Positions 57,320 through 64,000 of a stretch of 64,000 nucleotides of DNA are shown piece by piece (the stretch's first letter is position 1; every line of letters begins with the position of its first letter). The notes below the pieces were generated by a model that was not told the origin of the DNA, did not search any database, and was given only the letters and a program-made list of their open reading frames with translations. The stretch is from assembly GCA_050575255.1 (NCBI GenBank), contig JBNZDD010013718.1, positions 2,720,113-2,784,112 on the forward strand. Reading direction: 5' to 3'. Made by a program: the position numbers and the translations under genes. The DNA comes from Harriotta raleighana (Eukaryota).

Positions 57320-60300
57320 AGCCCCCTCCTTCACTGCCGTTTTGTAAAACTCTCTTTTGCTACAAGAGAACTGTCCTTAACATATCTAAAAACAAGGGCA
57401 CGGAAAATGTATAAGTTAATCAGGTACTCTACAGTGCAAATTAATTGTATATTTGCAGATATCCCCACATTTAAATTTTAGTCACTGTCCCAGTCTGGCA
57501 CTTATTTGTATTAGCTGTTATCTTATACTGGTTTGCAAAAAAAAAAAAAAAATTTATATTCAACCCTACCATATGCTTGCAGAAACAAAACAGTCGGTTG
57601 TCAATCCTGGCAGTGTCCCTTGTGTGTATAAAAATGGTGTGGTTAGTTAAATTTTCTGCTTTTGTAGCGTTGGAGCTGTAGAAAGAATCAAAGAGAGCAA
57701 TACTGTACAGAAAATAAGTCTACGATACTGAACTTGGCATGGGCCTCCAATTCTTGAAGGAGTGTTGTAAATTGCACAGTGTAGGGCTGATGCAAGCAGT
57801 TCTTTCTGCATGTGTAAAGCAAACCGGTTGTGAAAACAAAAGGCAATGCAACTTATTAAGTAAATTGGAGACGTGCATTAAGTACTCGCATGAGAAATGA
57901 GGAGACTGTTAATGAAATATAGCATTAAGAGAAACTTAATATATTAAGTTATAATTGGAATCTGGTCAAAGTTCTTTTATGTTAATATCTGAAATCTAAA
58001 TTTGATTCCAGATCACGTATATTTTTATTAAAAAGAAACATAATACCCATACTTATCACTGATTATATAAACTATATAATTTTAAAATGCATTCAGCTAT
58101 GAAATTATTTATATAAGCCAAAGCTGCATGTTGATGCTCTCTAGGTATGGTTTTATCTCTTTATCTTGGCTTAGTTTTTGCTTTTATACATGCAGGCTGA
58201 ATCTTAAAAGCCATGAACACTTGCTAATCTATATGTAAAGAGAATTTGAGCCAAATGTTTGTGTATATAGCATCTTAAATATATCACCTTTGGTGTCAGT
58301 CTACAATGTACTGTTATACGTTCACCAGATGAAAGTATATTTTTGTGGATTATCGCCGACTTGACAGGGCAAGATCCTTATGAGTAGAGTATCCACTGGT
58401 AATTACTATTTTGTTTAATATGCTGTACTTCCTTGGGTTTTAATTATTATATGGCATTTGCAGAAAGTAGTAAAAGTTTATTTTCCTTTATGGCAGTGAA
58501 AACGTGTACAATTGTTATTTCTGTGCTGTATGGTAATGCTTTTACTATACATATAAAAAGCAGACCCTAAAAACCCTGATGTTATATTTGTCATGCACAA
58601 ACTTGAAAGCAATTTCCTTATATTGTAGACTTGTTGTGATGGAATTTCACTGCTTTATTCAATTACACTTTTCTGATATAAACTGCCTTTTGTGATAATT
58701 CACTGATAGTAAGTAGAAATTTGTGGTTCACAAAAAGAAAAGAGCAAGTTAAAAAAAAACCTGCAAGAGTGTAGCTTGGGTGAGTACCTTTAAGTGTAGA
58801 CACGACAAATATAGCAGGTTTCTTGAAAGGATTGTTCAGTGGTGAGTGCAATAGGAGATTTGACAATCGGAGGGATAGCCCTACTTGTATATAGAGGATA
58901 CTTACAGTGCAATTTTTATGCCTTCAGTGGACTGATGTTAAAACTCAAGAACAACATTGACCTGAATAGATTATGGTCCCAAATGGGAAGTAACCTGTTT
59001 TTTTTTTTTTTTAAATCTTTCCTTCATGTATTCTGTTTGTGCTACATGCTAGGTAAGTAATTGTATGGTAAAAGTAAATTGGAATTATTTTGTGGAAAAA
59101 AAAGTTTAAATGGGAACTGAGTTGATGTGCGGACTGCAATAGTTTGTGGTGATCTTACCGTGGAACTTTTTTTCCCTCACACCGCTGGGGTGTTCGCAAC
59201 TTAAGATACCTTTCCCCATGATTTAGTGTGTTTATGAGGCTGACATGATGTGAAGTACAAATTCTGTTCTGCTGGAAGATAATCAGTCACTAAAACCAAA
59301 ATGGATTGAAAGTTCCCCCCTCCCCCCCCCCCCAAAAAAAAAAAAATTGAAAACGCTGGAGGAAGATTTATGGAGAAAGCTTCACGACGGGATGAATTTT
59401 TAACTCTCGTTTATAACCGTTGCTGTTAGTTTTGTAAAGTAAAGCACAATCACTGCGTCAGCGTCGATAGCTATCAGAGCTCCTGCTTCTATTTTAGCAT
59501 TGCAGATTGTAATATTAGCTACTCAGCTTCAGTCAGTTACGAAACGTTTGTATCAGATGTAATCTCGTTAAATGTATTGATATGCTCATTACCAACCAGC
59601 TCTTTTTAGTAATGGATATGGATAGCGTTTTCCTGCATCGAACTGGGGAACAGAAGAATTCTACCTTTTTATGTTAAAACAAGACTAGACAAATTGTACT
59701 GCCGAGGATACTCAAATTATAACTCCTTGCTTTATCTGGAGAGTATATTCAACCCATTTTATTGTGATGGTGTTTGTACACTGGGCTTGCCCATCAGAGA
59801 ACAAATCACACTCCCCCCCACACCCCACATGGACTTTAATTTTGAGCTTTTTTTTTTCCAACATATTAATTAATAAACAAATAGACACTGCCTGAAAACA
59901 TGCTCACAGATTGGTTTATGAAATGAGGGCAGATGCTACCAAGATGGCAGCAATTGGTCTGGTTTGCTCACTCATTATAATGAACAGACTCCTTTAGTGC
60001 TACAGCGAAGCAGCTGTCTTCTCTAATGTACTGGAGGGGAAAAGAGAAACCCAGTGATTTATACACGGATACAACATTTCTGTACATTTCGGTAAGTTTA
60101 CTTCAAATTTACTGTATCTACTTGTGTGCAAATTACTTTATGTGATGGCATCATTTGTTCCCAAAGCTCTTAAGTAGTGGGCATCAGTTAATATTACATA
60201 ATTTTATGAGTTGCATAGCCACTTCAGCATTTAAAACATGCTTCTATTGGTTGCTAGTTTTATGTGGAAATCAAGAGAGTTTTATTGATGAGTTATATGA

Positions 60301-60640
60301 GTTGTCTTTTAAAAAAATTTAAACTCCTTTGAACTTGGGGCTCATGCCTTTTTTCGCTCTCGACTGAGGAGTCCTCAAATAAACTGGGGCTCATTCCAGA
60401 TACCATTACCTGTGCTAGGGTTGTGAGTTATATTTACATGAGGTCTTCACCAGATAGAAGCTAGAACATCTGAGTTGGTCTATTTCTCCACCCACAGGTC
60501 CACTAATTGTTGATCGCTGCAAATACAACAGTGTAGCACTTAAGACTCTTACCTGGAAAAGAAAAGGGAATGTGAAAACTTGCGTAGTCAATCTGTTTTG
60601 TTTTCTAAGAATAAAATAAATTAAACTTGTAGCTCGGATA
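57320..60640 (+). other. MEF2A: MEF2A 3' UTR (approximate end)
   Basis: About 3.3 kb with no recognisable transposon fragments, ending at a cluster of poly(A) hexamers; repeats resume by 61560. Confidence 0.6.
60610..60625 (+). terminator. Candidate polyadenylation signal cluster (AATAAA/AATAAA/ATTAAA overlapping)
   Basis: agAATAAAATAAATTAAActt, preceded by a U-rich tract and followed by a T-rich element near 60640. Other AATAAA at about 59872 and 60378. Confidence 0.6.
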
Positions 60641-61561
60641 TTTTTTATCGGGAACCGTGAATTGTGGCACTTCATCTGCAAGTATGAAAGTCCAATACAC
60701 TCTTTGTGATTCCTGTGAAATAGCCAATCGAATGAATGAGAGACTGTATGGCACAACTACACGTGTAGTTGAAACTGCACATCGCTCTCTCTTAACGCCA
60801 TCACTTATCAGCCTATAATCTACAAATCTATCTCCGTTGTCTTACCTCTCTTGACTTGGAAATCGAACACTGTGTGAAGGATTAAGTTCATTTAGTGTAG
60901 TGATGCTGTTGCATAAAGGTAATCACTATACACAATGCCTGTGGGTCTGCAGGTGTAAATGTAAAGATGATCTGCACACGAGAGAGTGAGTAAATAAGAA
61001 TGCAAACTTCCCGTCTCTTGGATACCGATTATGGGAAAGTAAACAAAGTACGCAAAGAGAAAGGCAATACGACGTTTTCTTTGCACAGATTTTTTACACT
61101 TGGCTGTGTAAGATGGTGCTTTGCAAACTATTTAATGTTTTTTTTAGAAAAATGTATTTGGTAATTGTTACAAGAAAGCTGTTCACGGTTTAAACGAAGC
61201 CCGCTGGCAGCACAAGCTGGACTTTGTTGCCATCAATGAAACAAATGTTGGATGAGACTTCTTAAGTTAACCTGCAATTTCCCTCAATGTGTTTGTTTTT
61301 CTTCATTATTACAAAGATCGTGAACTTTTTAATCAGATGATTACAGTTATGCTAGAGATTGTTGTAAAAATTTGTACCCTGCACTCACTTAAGTAAAGAT
61401 ATTGGCTTTTACTGTGTAATGAGACTTCATGTCAGTTATTCAAACGTAAACTCTTAATCAGTGAAGTTGCTTTATGGTTCATATTAAACTTATTATTTGT
61501 GAACACCCTGGCATTAGAAGAACAAGTGATGCAATACCAACACCAACACTTTAACACCTGC

Positions 61562-62411
61562 GTGGGAGTTAGCCCGGCTCAGTTGGGAGCTCTCTTGAAT
61601 CAGAAGTTTGTGGGTTCAAGTCCCACAGTGGGGGCAGAGCGTCTGAAGGTTCACCCGCCGATGGTGGCATCATGTGGTAGAACCACGAACGTGTGTTCTA
61701 GGCTGACATTCAAATGCAATGCTGAAGGAGTGCTGTATTGTCAGAGGGGCTGACCTTCGGATGAGACTTTGAACTGTTCAGGTAGATGTTAAAGATCCTG
61801 TTGCACTATTTGAAAAGAGAATCTGAATGTCTCCCAGTGTCATGGCCAAGAATCCCCACGTAAATTTGATCATTCACTTCCTGGCTGTTTGTGGGACATT
61901 GTACAGTAAAACCTTGTTTATCCGGCACGCTCGGGGGAGTTGACTAATTGACAGTGCTGGATAAACGAGAGAGAAGTCCCCGAAAACCTAACAGAAAAAT
62001 TTAACTTATTTTAAAACATACCATGTTAATAATACACTACATAGTAACAGAATATTGTATGGATACTTACCAACAAAGCATTCTATCAGTCGGGAAAAAA
62101 ATCAGTAATTTTTTACCGATCGATAAAAAATGCAAAGTGCGTAAATTTACTAAGTGCCCATGCGCACACGTTGCACGCATGCGCAAAGTGAGCAAACTCG
62201 CGATTCTGGAATGGGGAATTGTCCCGGGAGGGGGGTCAAGCAATTGAATCGAGTCTTGGTTGATCAGGTCACGGATAAACGAGGTTTTATTGTGCAAACT
62301 GACTGCCACGTTTGCCTATAAATGCACAGTCACCACACTTTACAGTGAAGCGGTGTGAGATTTTAAAACAATGCTAAAAGGCGCTATACCAAATGCAAAC
62401 ATTATTATTAT
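61562..62411 (+). mobile_element. Full-length Deu-SINE interrupted by a 57-bp insert (61629..61685) and a MITE (61904..62292)
   Basis: Head ggctcagttgggagctctcttgaatcagaagtttgtgggttcaagtccca, core ggatgagacttt..caggtagatgttaaagatcc..ggctgtttgtgggacattg, resuming at tgcaaactgactgccacgtttgccta..aaaggcgctataccaaatgcaaacattattatta. Confidence 0.85.
61904..62292 (+). mobile_element. Tc1/mariner (Tigger/pogo-like) MITE, family 1, copy B
   Basis: TA|CAGTAAAACCTTGTTTATCCG ... CGGATAAACGAGGTTTTATTG (19/21 inverted match); homologous to 23489..23881. Confidence 0.88.
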
Positions 62412-62558
62412 CAGCATAATTTTTCTTGGATAATGGCAAACAATTGATAATGCAAGTCACTAGCTGTCACTCTTTAAAAACAATTACTCACAGATAGCAT
62501 GGTGTTAGCTCAAATGTGGGAACGGGTTTGCTAATTAAGTGAGTTAAAGTAGAAGTTC

Positions 62559-62886
62559 AAAACTAAGCAAACCCATCAGTTTACAATCGAGGGAAAAAAC
62601 ACATTCTGCTTGAAGCTTGGGCTACTGGCTAGGCTTGTCTCATGCCATTTGCGTGGTTTATTTGAAACCTGCAATCAATTTGCAAGACTAATTTTATGAG
62701 CATTTTTGTTCTCGCTCTACATNAAAACTAAGCAAACCCATCAGTTTACAATCGAGGGAAAAAACACATTCTGCTTGAAGCTTGGGCTACTGGCTAGGCT
62801 TGTCTCATGCCATTTGCGTGGTTTATTTGAAACCTGCAATCAATTTGCAAGACTAATTTTATGAGCATTTTTGTTCTCGCATCTAC
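62559..62886. other. About 160-bp duplication split by a single N at 62723 (probable assembly artefact)
   Basis: aaaactaagcaaaccc...tttttgttctcgc on both sides of the N. Confidence 0.85.
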
Positions 62887-63611
62887 TCTTAGCTAAGAGG
62901 TGTGATTGTGTATGTGTGTGTGTATAAGCTATGGTGCTATTTATGGCTGCTATCACTTAGTAGTGGGAGGTTTGCTTCAAGCACTGTAAGCTGTTCTTTG
63001 TTGCGTTTTCCTTCAAATTGAAGCGGCGTACACTTTTGCAACACCCTCCCAACTTTGATGTAACACCTGTGACATATGGCACGGAATAATAATGTGACCC
63101 GCGCTTAATTTTCAGTCAACACTCAACACAGCTGTCCATTTAATGTTCTCCCCTATTTCTGGTTTGTGAAATGCAGCATTTCAGATTCACTGCTTGTCTT
63201 TTTTTTCTTTCATTTGCCACCTTGTACACGATTACTAGTAACGCATAATCTACACTTCTCACCAGCTCCACCACATGTTGTTCTAGGAAGAGGTAATTCA
63301 ATGGAATGACTTCTTTGACAGTGAGCTGTTTCACCAAGTGCTGTTACTCTTAGTATTTTGGCTCAAGGATTCTGGATTGAAGTAACGCAGCCGGACATTT
63401 TTCCTGGAAAAGATTCATGTACAGTATTGGCTTCACTCCAGCTCTTCTGGATCTAATTCACAAAGTAGGATTTCTCAACCTTCGGTCCTCTCGTGTACAT
63501 TTCTGATTTGCTTCCCAAATAAATCATCTTTATTTCTTCATCTCTATTGGTGGATATTGCTTCTGTTCCTCATAATACTGCAATCGCTGATGTCTTCTGC
63601 ACCCTGATCTA

Positions 63612-63881
63612 CAGCAACAACAACATTACATTTGTATAGCGCTTTTCACGTCAGGAGGATGTCCCATGGCACCGGAGAGTCACCGTTTCAGACCCGAGCT
63701 GGGGATGGGGAGGGTGGAGGGAAAGGAGGGGATTTGGGGATGACCAGTGGGACCGTCGAAGAGGAGAGTCTTGAGGCAGGACTTGAAGGAGGCTAGGGAG
63801 GGGGCGAGGTAAAGGGATTGTGAGATGGGAGTTCTAGAGGTTGGGGGCAGAGCGTCTGAAGGTTCACCCGTCGATGGTGGC
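63612..63881 (-). mobile_element. L2 LINE 3' end
   Basis: (caa)n cattacatttgtatagcgcttttcacgtcaggaggatgtccca; the minus-strand ORF contains SLASFKSCLKTLLFD, typical of the L2 ORF2 C-terminus. Confidence 0.85.
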
Positions 63882-64000
63882 ATCATGTGGTAGAACCAAC
63901 AACTCTTTGAGACTAAACGAAGGGAGGTGGCAGTGGAGATAAATTCTGTCTGTCGTTCTGTATGTGCTACGATCTTCTCGCCATTTGTCTCGCCTTTTTC

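Noticed and set aside
59040-59060. TAG|GTAAGT donor-like site in the 3' UTR (another GTAAGT at 60092)
   Set aside because: No evidence of use; such hexamers occur by chance.
60754-60771. Perfect 18-bp palindrome caactacacgtgtagttg centred on CACGTG
   Set aside because: One such palindrome in 64 kb is not far from chance expectation; no supporting context.
63140-63610. Purine-rich minus-strand stretch considered as an exon of a downstream neighbour gene (LYSMD4 in mammals)
   Set aside because: The frames I translated contain stops and show no LysM or transmembrane similarity.

Overview
Eukaryotic (vertebrate) genomic DNA, AT-rich and CpG-depleted. The repeat content (Deu-domain tRNA SINEs with L2-type tails, a shark-type CR1 3' end, Penelope-like fragments) suggests a cartilaginous fish, possibly a chimaera; this is inference. 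The window holds the complete coding region of one + strand gene, MEF2A: ATG at 14210, stop ending at 57319, about 470-475 aa depending on isoform. Its features include the MADS/MEF2 domain exons, the mutually exclusive alpha1/alpha2 exons (only 51 nt apart), the 24-nt acidic beta microexon and a 3' UTR of about 3.3 kb. The promoter and first exon were not identified. The rest is intron or flank with SINE, L2, CR1 and RTE fragments, three Tigger/pogo-like MITEs, and four single-N joins flanked by duplicated sequence (probable assembly artefacts). Nearly all other ORFs in the track are spurious. I did not find a convincing new multi-gene system. The best leads are RNA-level anomalies in MEF2A: a missing canonical acceptor at the post-beta exon, a candidate in-frame 9-nt microexon upstream of the alpha exons, a minimal uORF, a recursive-splice-like site, a CpG-dense terminal exon, and a 57-bp locally templated insertion. 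All coordinates and counts were done by hand.
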